A DNA stretch of 64,000 nt from Myxococcales bacterium. Lineage in GTDB: Bacteria > Myxococcota_A > UBA9042 > JABWCM01 > BTVJ01. The notes under the pieces were generated by a model. The model was not told the DNA's origin. It worked only from the letters and a program-made list of their open reading frames with translations, and ran no database searches. A program made the position numbers and the translations under genes. The stretch lies in the NCBI GenBank assembly GCA_045863395.1, contig BTVJ01000021.1, positions 35,446-99,445 on the forward strand, written 5' to 3'. This document shows, piece by piece, positions 18,856-28,323 of this stretch; position 1 is the stretch's first letter; each line of letters begins with the position of its first letter.

Positions 18856-20922
18856 TCAGCCTCCGTGGCACGCCTCCAGGCGCAGCCACTGGAGGCGGGT
18901 CTCCGCGTCGAGAGCCACGAGGATCTCCCAGGCGAGGTCGGCGCCCGTGCGGCAGTCGTGGGTGACGGCTCCCGTGAAGGCGTCGACGAGGCGATACGCC
19001 GCGTCCGCCTTGATTGACGCCGCCGCCGTCACCTCCGGGGGGAGGAAGTAGCTCGCTGAGGCGTCCTGCCTCCAGAGGTTGTGGAAGACGAGGACCACGT
19101 TCGCGTCGTCCGACCACCGGACCTGGGCGAAGAGGCGGGGGTCGATGCCGCCGTCCCTCTTCCGCAGGAACGCGTGGTGTTCCCCCACCAGGGCGCGGTT
19201 CTTCGGGTCGAGGCGCGCGCGGGCCATGGCGCCGTAGAAGTCCACCAGAGCATCCGCGTCGGCTCGGTGGTTGGCGCTGCCCTCGAAGCGCGAGCGCAGC
19301 AGGTCCGAGCGCCTGAACCCGAGGCCCCACGGCTCACCCAGCTCCTGGCCCATCAGCAGCATGGGCGTGCCGCGCACCGTGGCGCCGATGCCCCAGAAGC
19401 CGGCGCCGGTCCACGGGTCGAAGCCGGTGCCGTCGGTGAGGCGGTGCTCGTCGTGGGTCTCGAGCGCCGTCATCACCAGGGCGCCCTCCCCGAAGCGCCC
19501 GGTGTTCCCGACCACCCACTCCACTCGACCCGCGTCCTTGGTCACGCCGTCGCGCCCGCACATGTCGCGCACGTAGCCCTCGGTCATGATGTCCACGATC
19601 TGCGCCATGCCCTTCTGGTCGTGGAACTCCTCCGCGAGCAGGACCGGCCGCTCCTGCCCCCGCAGCGCCGCGTAGTGGGCGAGCTTCCCCGCCAGGTAGC
19701 GCCAGGTCTCCGGTGAGAGCCCGTTCGCGTCCTCCGTGGTGTGGTCGAGGCGGAAGCCGTCCACCCCCCTGGACGACCAGTAGTTGAGAATCCGGAACAG
19801 ATACTCCCGGTTGCGCCACAGCTCGTGACGGTGGGCGACATTGGTGGCGTGGTGGTAGAGGAACTTCACGTCCTTCCACTCATTGGTGTAGCCGTCACCG
19901 AGCGTGCGTGACGGGCTCCACCGGTCGGCGCCCAGGTAGAAGCCAGGCGCCGCCGCCTCCAGGTACGGAGAATCACAGGGGAACACGTCCCGCTCGCCTG
20001 CCAGCGCGGCTCTCCACGCATGGAAGGCGCGCACCAGGTCCTGGCCCCCCAGCTCCGGGCACCGCGCCTCGAGCGAGGCAAGGTCCGCCGCCGCGCTCGC
20101 ATCGACCGCCGCCCAAGCGCGGACCGCCTTCTCCGTGTCGGCGAGCAGCGGCTTCACGTGCGCCTGCTCCTGCGTCGCAGCGAAGTCCCAGAGCCCTTCG
20201 AGGTCCTCCCCAGCCGCGATGCGCTCGCCCACGGAGGTCGCCACGGTGTCGTACATCACGTAGTTGTGCCCGAAGTGGTTGAAGGCCACGTCGAGCATCA
20301 CCCGCAGGCCCTTGGCGTGGGCGGCGGCGATCACACTGTCGAGGGCCTCGTTGCCCCAGCACGGGTCACCGGACCACTCGTCGCGCCCAGTGACGATGCA
20401 CGCCCGCGACAAGGTCCCCCGCGCGTGCATGTAGTCCCGCACCGCGTAGGGCGAGCCCAGGTTGTCGCACGGGTCCGGGATGTTCCAGGTGTCGTTGTTG
20501 GGGAAAAGCGGCATGAGCCAGACGGCGCGCGCGCCGACGCGCTCGGCGACGTATCGCAGCGTGATTCCCGCGCGAAAGTCGGCCGTGTCCTCCAGAAGGT
20601 CGTCCAGGGTGCCGAGGCGGATCTTCTGGAGCTCGTCGAGGGTCGGGCAGCTCATGCCCTCCGCCCGGTAGGGGATGATCGGCGCGACCTTGGCCGCGCA
20701 CGCCTCCCGCTGCCACGGCGCGCCGAGGTCCACGCGGCACGCGTTGGCGGAGCGCACCTGGATCTCGTACAAGATGAGCCGCTTTGCCAGGTCGCTGGCC
20801 CCACCGAACGCGTGGTCGGCTTTGCCGCCGCTGGGGCCCGCCTCGGCAGGAGCCGCGGGATTCGAGTCGCTGGGGGCGCACGCTGCGAGGAGCAGCGCGA
20901 GGAGTCCGAGGAAGGTTCGCAT
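18856..20922 (-). CDS. Alpha-amylase family (GH13) lipoprotein
   Basis: Lipobox LLAAC plus GGKAD; VWLMP, SPYAVRDY, MLDVAFNH; catalytic GFRLD, LAEE, THDE. Confidence 0.88.
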   Translation of the reverse strand: MRTFLGLLALLLAACAPSDSNPAAPAEAGPSGGKADHAFGGASDLAKRLILYEIQVRSANACRVDLGAPWQREACAAKVAPIIPYRAEGMSCPTLDELQKIRLGTLDDLLEDTADFRAGITLRYVAERVGARAVWLMPLFPNNDTWNIPDPCDNLGSPYAVRDYMHARGTLSRACIVTGRDEWSGDPCWGNEALDSVIAAAHAKGLRVMLDVAFNHFGHNYVMYDTVATSVGERIAAGEDLEGLWDFAATQEQAHVKPLLADTEKAVRAWAAVDASAAADLASLEARCPELGGQDLVRAFHAWRAALAGERDVFPCDSPYLEAAAPGFYLGADRWSPSRTLGDGYTNEWKDVKFLYHHATNVAHRHELWRNREYLFRILNYWSSRGVDGFRLDHTTEDANGLSPETWRYLAGKLAHYAALRGQERPVLLAEEFHDQKGMAQIVDIMTEGYVRDMCGRDGVTKDAGRVEWVVGNTGRFGEGALVMTALETHDEHRLTDGTGFDPWTGAGFWGIGATVRGTPMLLMGQELGEPWGLGFRRSDLLRSRFEGSANHRADADALVDFYGAMARARLDPKNRALVGEHHAFLRKRDGGIDPRLFAQVRWSDDANVVLVFHNLWRQDASASYFLPPEVTAAASIKADAAYRLVDAFTGAVTHDCRTGADLAWEILVALDAETRLQWLRLEACHGG

Positions 20923-21604
20923 GGCGTCCTCCGTCGGGGCCCTTCTCCCACCATGCCTGCCGAGTGTCAACCAGAGATCCGGCGAGGACGCCCCCACAGC
21001 CCGGCCCATGTCACCGCACGGAGGGCACGGTGGGCGGAGGAGCCCCCGGGCGCGGGGCGGCATCATGCCCCGACGCGCCCCGACCGGAGCGCCCCCACGA
21101 GAGAGGCGGTCGAGGTCCCGCCGCCTCACCCGTTGACGTATCGCGGTCGATGCGCAGTGCCTGGAGGTGCTGAGAGACGCGGTGTTGACCGGCTCTGGAG
21201 GCCGGGTCGCGCCGCGCCTGCTCCTCCGCGCGCTCGTCGACCTGGCGCGGGCTCGCGGTGCGCACTGCCGGCAGCCAGGCGCGCGGCCTGGTCAGTCGGT
21301 CCCAGCCTTGTCTGCTACCGGAGGCCGAGCGCCGGCTCCTCGCGGGGCGGCTGCTCGACGTGGTGGTGACAGGGACGGTGTCGCGGTGCGTGCGAGCGGA
21401 GGGCCAGGGACGGCGGTCGATCTGGAGATCCGCGGGGGATGGTGGATTGAACCGTCGGGAGGCGGCCCCCCCCCAGGGGGAGTCGCCCGCCGGGTGCGCT
21501 GGCGCCTCGGTGCCACCAGCGCGTGGAGGCCAACTCTTGGGTGTGAGTGACCGTGCGGCGCGGCCGAGCTCGTCCAGGCAGGCGGGCCAGGGGACCGTCG
21601 CCGC

Positions 21605-22095
21605 ATGACGACGTCACCGCCCCTGCACCAGGCCCTTGTGGAGCTCCTGCGGCTGCGGCCAGATCGGGTGGTCCAGCTCGCAAGCCCCGAGGAGCAGGAT
21701 CCATCGGCAGCCGTCGCGCTGTCCGACGCCAACCTTGGCGACCTGGCTCCGCTGGTGATGCCCGGTGACCATCGTGGTCTTCACGCCGGCCCGAGCGGCG
21801 GCGACCTGGGCAGCACGCCCCATCGAGGTCGACGGGTGCGGCGCCGTGGTGGCGACCGTGGTCCTCGGGCCGGACCGGATCCCGCCGCTGTCCGGTCCTG
21901 CTCAGGCGGCCGCATCCCCTCACCGGGCGGTGCTCTCGGCGCTCACCCACCCTCCCGGCCGAGGAGGCGCCGAGGTGCTCGCCGCTGCCCTGGCAGCGGC
22001 CGCCTGCCTGGACCCGGCCCGGGCTGCGTTCGACCATGGCCTGGCGTGGAGCCGTGTGGACGAGGCGGCCCGCATTGCACTGGGGGCACTCGGCT
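21605..22095 (+). pseudogene. Degraded Rpn-like/PD-(D/E)xK myxobacterial multicopy protein (internal deletion and frameshift)
   Basis: One frame gives LHQALVELLRLRP..SDANLGDLAP, then another frame gives CPVTIVVFTP..TWAARPI..VVLGPDRIP..AVLSALTH; the intervening catalytic segment is absent. Family recognised from memory. Confidence 0.55.
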
Positions 22096-22214
22096 CGACC
22101 GCGTCATCGACGCGTCCCCCGCGGACGCGCTGCTCTCCGACGGCTGAGCCTCCAAGCAGGCGCCACGGCCGGCGACCTCGCGTCGCCCCGGGCATCACCG
22201 ACCTGGCGGCCGAC

Positions 22215-22990
22215 TTGGGAGGGTGGCCAACGTTCGCGGTCACCCTTGCGACTCTGGCAGCAGCCTGCGCAGGCGAGCCCCAAGGCGAAGGGCCCGGAGA
22301 GGGGGCACGCCGCGATGTGAGCCTGATCGACGCGGCTCCGCAAGGTGACTCGTCGAACGGGTCGGGATGGCAGGAGGACACCCTGTCGAGGTGGCCCGAT
22401 GACTCGGGCTCGGCCGGTGTCGGCGCCGGGAGTCTGCCCGACCTGCGAGGCCCACGGGGCGACGTGCCCGCCTCCCCCGTGGGCGCCAGCGACCCGGCCG
22501 ACGAGCCCCCGTCCCCGGAGGTCTCCGGCGAACCGGCCGGCGTGCCCGCCCCTCCCGTGGACGCCGGCGAGCCCGCGGACGCCCCGCCGCAGCCCGTGGG
22601 CGCGGGCGAGCCGACCGACGCGAGCGATGCGCAGGAAGGCGTCGTGTGCGTGCCGTCGTGCGACGGGGAGGGCCGCGGGGACGACGCCTGCGGAGGGCCC
22701 TGCGGCACCTGCGGGGACGGCGTCCTCGCCTGCGACGCAGAGGGGACGGCGCTCCTTGCCGCGCGCGCTCCATCCGGGGTGTCGGTTCCCGCGAGCGTGA
22801 GGCGCCGCATCGAGCTGAAGTAGAACGGGTTCCCCGAGCCGGACATCACGAAGTCACCCCCGTGCGCGCGGCTCGCCGACGGCGTCCCTAGCGCCCTGAG
22901 CATGACGGGCCTCAAGTTCGGGTTCGGAGTGCCCTACTCTCTCCAAGCCGGGGTCGGCTGGGATCCGTCGCCCCTCGCGTCCATCCCCCC
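22215..22990 (+). pseudogene. Probable decayed Cys-rich lipoprotein gene
   Basis: Lipobox-like LATLAAAC, acidic Pro-rich linker and CVPSC..DDACGGPCGTC motif; in-frame TAG at 22821-22823; boundaries uncertain. Confidence 0.35.
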
Positions 22991-23289
22991 TGCACGGCCG
23001 ACCACGTGCTCGAGTGCCGCATCAGCAACCGGAGGTCCTGGTGAGGTGGGTGAGGGCCCCACTCCTTGGCCAGTCCTGAACCGGACACGGCAGCCGGCCC
23101 TATCGCGCGAGACGCCACCAGGAGTTGGAGCGCACCGGCAGCCGACGGCGGCCCTCGACGTGCGCACCCAGCAGCCCAGGAGCCGGAGTGACACCTGGCG
23201 CCACACGGTGCGGGGCCCCGCCAGTCCTGGGACGTGGATCTTCCGCCGGATCGGCGCTACCGTCATGGGCATCGCCTCCGGAGGGCCCC

Positions 23290-26200
23290 ATGCGCCACGC
23301 CTCGCTCGTCCTCGCCCTCGCCCTCGCCGCCTGCGACGAGACCGTGATGCTCGGAGAGAGCGCCGATCTCCAAGGGCCCGCCCCCTTCGGTGTGCCCGAG
23401 GGAGGTGGCTGGACCCAGGACGCGCTCCCCGACGCCTTCACGCCCGACGGGTGCACGACCTGCGAGGCCCCGACCGGCTTCTGCGGCGGCCGCGCGGACG
23501 GCGACTTCTGTAGTGGGGCGAAGCTCATCCATTGCCAGAGTGGCGCAACCACTGGGACCACGCCCTGCCCCGCCGGCTGCATCGCGCCTCCGGGCGGGCT
23601 GCCGCACGTGTGCGCCGCCCCCCCGGGCGACGCCTTCTGCGACGGGCGCCCCGACGGTGCGTGGTGCGACGGGTCGACCCTGGTCGCCTGCGAGGCGGGC
23701 GCGGTCTCAGCCGAGGTCGCCTGCCCCCTCGGGTGCGCCAGCGCGCCCCAGCCCCACTGCGCGGCCGACTCTGGCGAGGCCCTGTGCTCCGGCAAGCCGG
23801 ACGGCCCGACCTGCAGCGGATCTTTGCTGGTCACCTGCGCGGGCGGGCTCGCCACCGGGCAGACGCCGTGCTCCCTCGGGTGCGCGGCGGGCCCGCCGGC
23901 CCAGTGTGAGGCGGCGGTGGGCGACGCCTTCTGCGCGCCCCTGCAGGACGGCACCCACTGCAAGGGCAGCACGCTCGTCACGTGCAGCGGCGGCAAGGCG
24001 GCGAGCCAGGCCCAGTGCCTCAACGGCTGCGTGGCGGGCGCGGGGGCGGGCTTCTGCGCCAGCGGCACCGAGCAGGGCTTCTGCGCGGGGAAGGCGGACG
24101 GCCCCTGGTGCGACGGCCAGGCGCTCCGCACCTGCGCCGGCGGCCAGATCGCCGCGACCACCCCCTGCCCCTTCGGCTGCGTGGTCCACCAGGACGGCGA
24201 CGCCTGCGGCGACCCGAGCAACCCCACCTTCTGTGCGGGCCTGCCCGACGGCCCCCACTGCAACGGCCCGGCCCTCGCCGTCTGCCAGGGCGGGCAGGTC
24301 ACGTCCGAGCTGGGCTGCCCCTTCGGGTGCAAGTCGGAGGCGACCGGCGCCTCCTGCGCCGCCGACACCTTCTGCGCAGTGGTGCCCCAGAAAGCCTCGC
24401 AGAGCCCGCCGGCGGCGGCGTGCAGCGCCATGGACTGGACCCTCGAGCCCGACGGCTTCTACCTGATCAGCCAGTTCGGCACGACCAACGACCCGACCAC
24501 CCTCGGAAAGCCGACGAGCTGCGGCTACCTCCAGAGCCAGTACAACGCCAAAGGCTGCGCCTGGGACGCGGGCGCGGGCGCCTGCACGAGCGCGGGGGCG
24601 CAGATCCCCTGGATTCAGGGCCACGTGGACTGGGACTATGCCAAAGTGGTCGGCGCGGGCTTCGGCGGCCCGTCCGCCTACTTCTACGTGGCGGGCGCCC
24701 AGCGCTTCGGCTGCGGGGCGTTGCTGCGGGTGACCAACCCGGCCACGGGGGCCTGCGTGGTCGCCTACGCCGAGGACGGCGGTCCCGGAGCCCTCTACGA
24801 GGGGGCCACCTACGGCGGGCGCCGCATCGTGGACGCCTCCCCGGCGGTGATCGCGACCCTCGCCATCCAGAAGACCGGCTGGAAGAACAGCGACCTGGTG
24901 CGGGTGGAGTGGGGCAAGCCCGGCGACGTGCCAGGGCAACCCTGCGCGCCCTGCGCCGCCATCCCGGCCAAGCTCGGCACCGAGAACAACGCGGCGCCCT
25001 GGAGCCTCCTGCACATGGTGCCGAGCTGCGGCACCGGCGGCGAGGGCTGCCCCGCCGGCCCGGGCCTCTACTGCGGCACCCCTCCTCAAGACACGGCCGC
25101 CCTCTACTACTGCGCCAATGGCAGCTACACCCTCCAGTCCGCCTGCACCGGCGGCTGCCAGCAGAACCCGCCGGGCACGCCCGACTCCTGCGCCGGAGAG
25201 ACGCCCAAGACCTGCCCGTCCGGTGACGGCTTCTACTGTGGCGCCTCCGTCGGTCTCGACCCGCAGACCCTCTACGCCTGCAAGGGCGGGTCCTTCGCCA
25301 CCGCCCAGGTGTGCCCGAGCGGCTGCCAGACCATGCCCGCCGGCCAGAACGACCAGTGCCAGGGCGCAGAGACCGCCTGCCCCGCCGGCGACGGCGCATA
25401 CTGCGGCGGGTCCCTCGGCAAGGACCCGGGCACCCTCTATCAGTGCACCGGCGGCCAGGCCAGCGTCCTCCAGGTGTGCCAGGAAGGCTGCCAGGTCAAG
25501 CCGCCCGGCTCTCCCGACGCCTGCTACGCGGGCCCGGCCGCCTGCCCCGGCGGCAACGGAGCCTACTGCGGCGCCTCGGTCGGCAAAGACGGCAACACCC
25601 TGTACCAGTGCACCAACGGCACCTGGTCGGTGCTCCAGAGCTGCCCGAGCGGCTGCCAGCAGATGCCGGCGGGCACCCAGGACCAGTGCAAGGGCGGCTC
25701 GTGCCCGTCCGGCGACGGGGCCTACTGCGGCTCGTCCGTGGGCGGCGACGCCAACACCCTATACGCCTGCAAGGGCGGCGCACTGAGCCCGCTCCAGACC
25801 TGCTCGGCGGGCTGCCAGGTCAACGCCGCGGGCACGGACGACGCCTGCAAGAGCGCGGGCGGCTGCCCGGCCGGCAACGGCGCCTACTGCGGCGGCGCGC
25901 TGGGCAAGGACGCGAGCACCCTCTACCAGTGCACCAACGGGGCCACGAGCGTCATCCAGGTGTGCCCGAACGGCTGCCAGCAGAACCCGCCCGGCACCCC
26001 CGACTCCTGCGCGGGCTCTCCGACGGGCAAGCTCGTGATGTGCAACCCCTTCAAGCCTCCCAAGGGCGTGACCTGCGCCGTCGGGTGCTACGCGGGCCAC
26101 GCGGGCAGCGACTACGCGACCAACGAAGGCACCCCCGTCTACTCCCCCATCGACGGGACCGTCTCGAAGGTGGTGAACACGGTCCCAGGGCAGACCTGCG

Positions 26201-27297
26201 CCCCCGACTTCGGCAACCACGTGCGCATCGCCCAGGGCAGCTACGAGGTGATCCTGGCCCACATGCGCAAGGACATCCAGGTGGGCGCAAACGCCCCCGT
26301 CTCCATGGGGCAGCTCGTCGGCTACGTCTCCAACACGGGCTACACCTTGTCTCTCGTCGGGGGCGCGTGGAAGTGCCAGGCGGGCGGCGGCTACCACCTG
26401 CACCTGGAGACCCGCAAGAGCGGCGCCGCCTTCGACCCCTACGCGTCGAGCAACGTGACCTGGGCCGAGGGCTGCGGCGGAGGCGGCGGAGGCTCCTGCC
26501 CGAGCGGCGACGGCCTCTACTGCGGCGGTAGCGTGGGAAAAGACTCGAACACCCTCTACTCCTGCGCCGGGGGCAGCTACTCGGTCGTCCAATCCTGCCC
26601 GAACGGCTGCCAGTCCATGCCGGCCGGGCAGAGCGACCAGTGCGCGACGGGCGCGTCGTGCCCGAGCGGCAACGGAGACTACTGCGGATCGAGTCTCGGC
26701 AAGGACTCGAACACCCTCTACAAGTGCACCGACGGCGTGATCACGGAGATCCAGAAGTGCAGCAACGGCTGCGAGACCATGCCCGCGGGCACCAGCGACC
26801 AGTGCAAGGCGGACTCTCCCAAGTGCCCGAGCGGCAACGGCAACTACTGCGGTTCCAGTCTCGGAAAAGACGCGAACACCCTCTACAAGTGCACCGACGG
26901 CTCCATCACCGAGCTTCAGAAGTGCAGCAACGGCTGCGAGACCATGCCCGCGGGCACGAGCGACCAGTGCAAATCGGGCGGGGGCTGCCCGAGCGGAAAC
27001 GGACTCTACTGCGGCGGCTCGCTCGGCAAGGACGGCAAGACCCTCTACAACTGCACCAACGGTTCGACGAGCTTCTCCGCATACTGCGCCTCTGGCTGCA
27101 CGGTCGCGCCACCGGGGCAGTCCGACTACTGCGCCGGGGGGAGCTGCCCGAGCGGAAACGGCGCCTACTGTGGACAGACGGGCGGCCTCTCGTCGAGCAC
27201 CCTCTACAACTGCAGCAACGGGAAATGGACAGTGCTCCAGCAGTGCGGCGGCACCTGCGTCGTCGCGCCGCCGGGGCAGCCGGACAAGTGCCCATGA
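23290..27297 (+). CDS. Large Cys-repeat lipoprotein with an RlpA-like double-psi beta-barrel and an M23 peptidase domain
   Basis: Lipobox LALAAC; CGALLRVTNP..VVAYAEDGGP..RIVDASP (DPBB); HAGSD, GTPVYSPIDG, GNHV, LAHM, HLHLE (M23); 6 plus 11 Cys repeats of two types. Confidence 0.85.
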   Translation: MRHASLVLALALAACDETVMLGESADLQGPAPFGVPEGGGWTQDALPDAFTPDGCTTCEAPTGFCGGRADGDFCSGAKLIHCQSGATTGTTPCPAGCIAPPGGLPHVCAAPPGDAFCDGRPDGAWCDGSTLVACEAGAVSAEVACPLGCASAPQPHCAADSGEALCSGKPDGPTCSGSLLVTCAGGLATGQTPCSLGCAAGPPAQCEAAVGDAFCAPLQDGTHCKGSTLVTCSGGKAASQAQCLNGCVAGAGAGFCASGTEQGFCAGKADGPWCDGQALRTCAGGQIAATTPCPFGCVVHQDGDACGDPSNPTFCAGLPDGPHCNGPALAVCQGGQVTSELGCPFGCKSEATGASCAADTFCAVVPQKASQSPPAAACSAMDWTLEPDGFYLISQFGTTNDPTTLGKPTSCGYLQSQYNAKGCAWDAGAGACTSAGAQIPWIQGHVDWDYAKVVGAGFGGPSAYFYVAGAQRFGCGALLRVTNPATGACVVAYAEDGGPGALYEGATYGGRRIVDASPAVIATLAIQKTGWKNSDLVRVEWGKPGDVPGQPCAPCAAIPAKLGTENNAAPWSLLHMVPSCGTGGEGCPAGPGLYCGTPPQDTAALYYCANGSYTLQSACTGGCQQNPPGTPDSCAGETPKTCPSGDGFYCGASVGLDPQTLYACKGGSFATAQVCPSGCQTMPAGQNDQCQGAETACPAGDGAYCGGSLGKDPGTLYQCTGGQASVLQVCQEGCQVKPPGSPDACYAGPAACPGGNGAYCGASVGKDGNTLYQCTNGTWSVLQSCPSGCQQMPAGTQDQCKGGSCPSGDGAYCGSSVGGDANTLYACKGGALSPLQTCSAGCQVNAAGTDDACKSAGGCPAGNGAYCGGALGKDASTLYQCTNGATSVIQVCPNGCQQNPPGTPDSCAGSPTGKLVMCNPFKPPKGVTCAVGCYAGHAGSDYATNEGTPVYSPIDGTVSKVVNTVPGQTCAPDFGNHVRIAQGSYEVILAHMRKDIQVGANAPVSMGQLVGYVSNTGYTLSLVGGAWKCQAGGGYHLHLETRKSGAAFDPYASSNVTWAEGCGGGGGGSCPSGDGLYCGGSVGKDSNTLYSCAGGSYSVVQSCPNGCQSMPAGQSDQCATGASCPSGNGDYCGSSLGKDSNTLYKCTDGVITEIQKCSNGCETMPAGTSDQCKADSPKCPSGNGNYCGSSLGKDANTLYKCTDGSITELQKCSNGCETMPAGTSDQCKSGGGCPSGNGLYCGGSLGKDGKTLYNCTNGSTSFSAYCASGCTVAPPGQSDYCAGGSCPSGNGAYCGQTGGLSSSTLYNCSNGKWTVLQQCGGTCVVAPPGQPDKCP

Positions 27298-27310
27298 CCG
27301 CGAGGCGCCC

Positions 27311-28315
27311 GTGACCACCCCGCTCCTGACCCCGTGGCCGACGCTGGCGCACCTCCCGTGGCGCGCCATCGAGGACGGCCTGATCAACGCGACCTTCGCC
27401 GTGGGCTCCCCGCCCGTCGCCGTGGTGCAGGCGCTCGCCCCGATCTTCACCGCGGCGGTCAACGACGACATCGACGCCGTGACGCGGCACATCCAGTCCC
27501 GCGGCCTGGAGACCCCGCTGCTCCTGCGCACCGGCGACGGCGCCACCTGCGCCACCCAGGACGGCCGCTGCTGGCGTGCCCTGACGTGGATCCCCGGAGA
27601 GACGGTGCACCGCTTGACCAGCCCCGAACAAGCCCGGGAGGCCGGCGCCCTCGTCGGCCGCTGGCACCGGGCCACGGCCGACCTGGATCACGCGTTCGCC
27701 TTCGCCCGCGCGGGCGTCCACGACACACCGGCCCACATGCGCGACCTGGAATCCGCGGTCGCCGCCCACCCGGACCACCGCCTCGCCGCCGAGGCCGCTC
27801 CCCTCGCGGCGGCCATCCTCGCCGCGTGGCGAAGCCTCCCCTCCTCTCCGCCCGCCCCCCTCCAGGTCTGCCACGGCGACCTGAAGGTCTCCAATGTGCG
27901 CTTCCGTGAGGGCCGCGCCGTCGCCCTGGTGGACCTGGACACCATGGGCATGCAGTCCCTGGATGCCGAGCTGGGTGATGCGTGGAGGAGCTGGTGCAAC
28001 CCCCGAGGCGAGGACACCACGGACGCCACGCTCGATCTGGTCCTCCTGGAGGCCGCCGCCAAGGGCTATCTCGCCGAGCGCCCGCTCCCCCCGGACGTCC
28101 GGGAGGCGGTGGCCACAGGCCCCGAGCGCATCGCCCTGGAGCTGGCCGCCCGCTTCTGCCGTGACGCACTGGAGGAGCGCTACTTCGGCTTCTCGCCGAG
28201 GGTCGCCCCCACCCGCGGCGACCACAACCTGCTCCGCGCCCGAGGGCAGCTCGCTCTTGCCACCGCGATGCGCACCCACCGCGACGCGATCCGGCGCATC
28301 CTCGCAGGCGCCTGA
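27311..28315 (+). CDS. Aminoglycoside phosphotransferase / choline kinase-like phosphotransferase
   Basis: GLINATF, HGDLKVSN, LVDLDT, ELGDAWRSW. Confidence 0.85.
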   Translation: MTTPLLTPWPTLAHLPWRAIEDGLINATFAVGSPPVAVVQALAPIFTAAVNDDIDAVTRHIQSRGLETPLLLRTGDGATCATQDGRCWRALTWIPGETVHRLTSPEQAREAGALVGRWHRATADLDHAFAFARAGVHDTPAHMRDLESAVAAHPDHRLAAEAAPLAAAILAAWRSLPSSPPAPLQVCHGDLKVSNVRFREGRAVALVDLDTMGMQSLDAELGDAWRSWCNPRGEDTTDATLDLVLLEAAAKGYLAERPLPPDVREAVATGPERIALELAARFCRDALEERYFGFSPRVAPTRGDHNLLRARGQLALATAMRTHRDAIRRILAGA

Positions 28316-28323
28316 TCCGCCCC

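Noticed and set aside
18360..19051. Functional MNT-HEPN toxin-antitoxin system, including the 177-aa ORF 18518-19051
   Set aside because: Both catalytic motifs are missing; the ORF tail after 18792 is read-through across the repeat and antisense to the GH13 gene.
21167..21250. Faint resemblance of GGRVAPRLLLRALVD to the C-terminus of BREX BrxD-type ATPases
   Set aside because: Too short to support by eye; no P-loop or other brx genes nearby.
13393..22823. Genome-wide TAG reassignment suggested by in-frame TAGs at 14056 and 22821
   Set aside because: TAG ends many genes at natural family C-termini here (DDAH, M4/M36, M2/M3, lnt, fibrinogen protein); no pyl genes or suppressor tRNA seen in the window.
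27311..28315. Aminoglycoside resistance gene
   Set aside because: Only the general APH/choline-kinase fold motifs are visible; nothing indicates antibiotic specificity or a mobile context.
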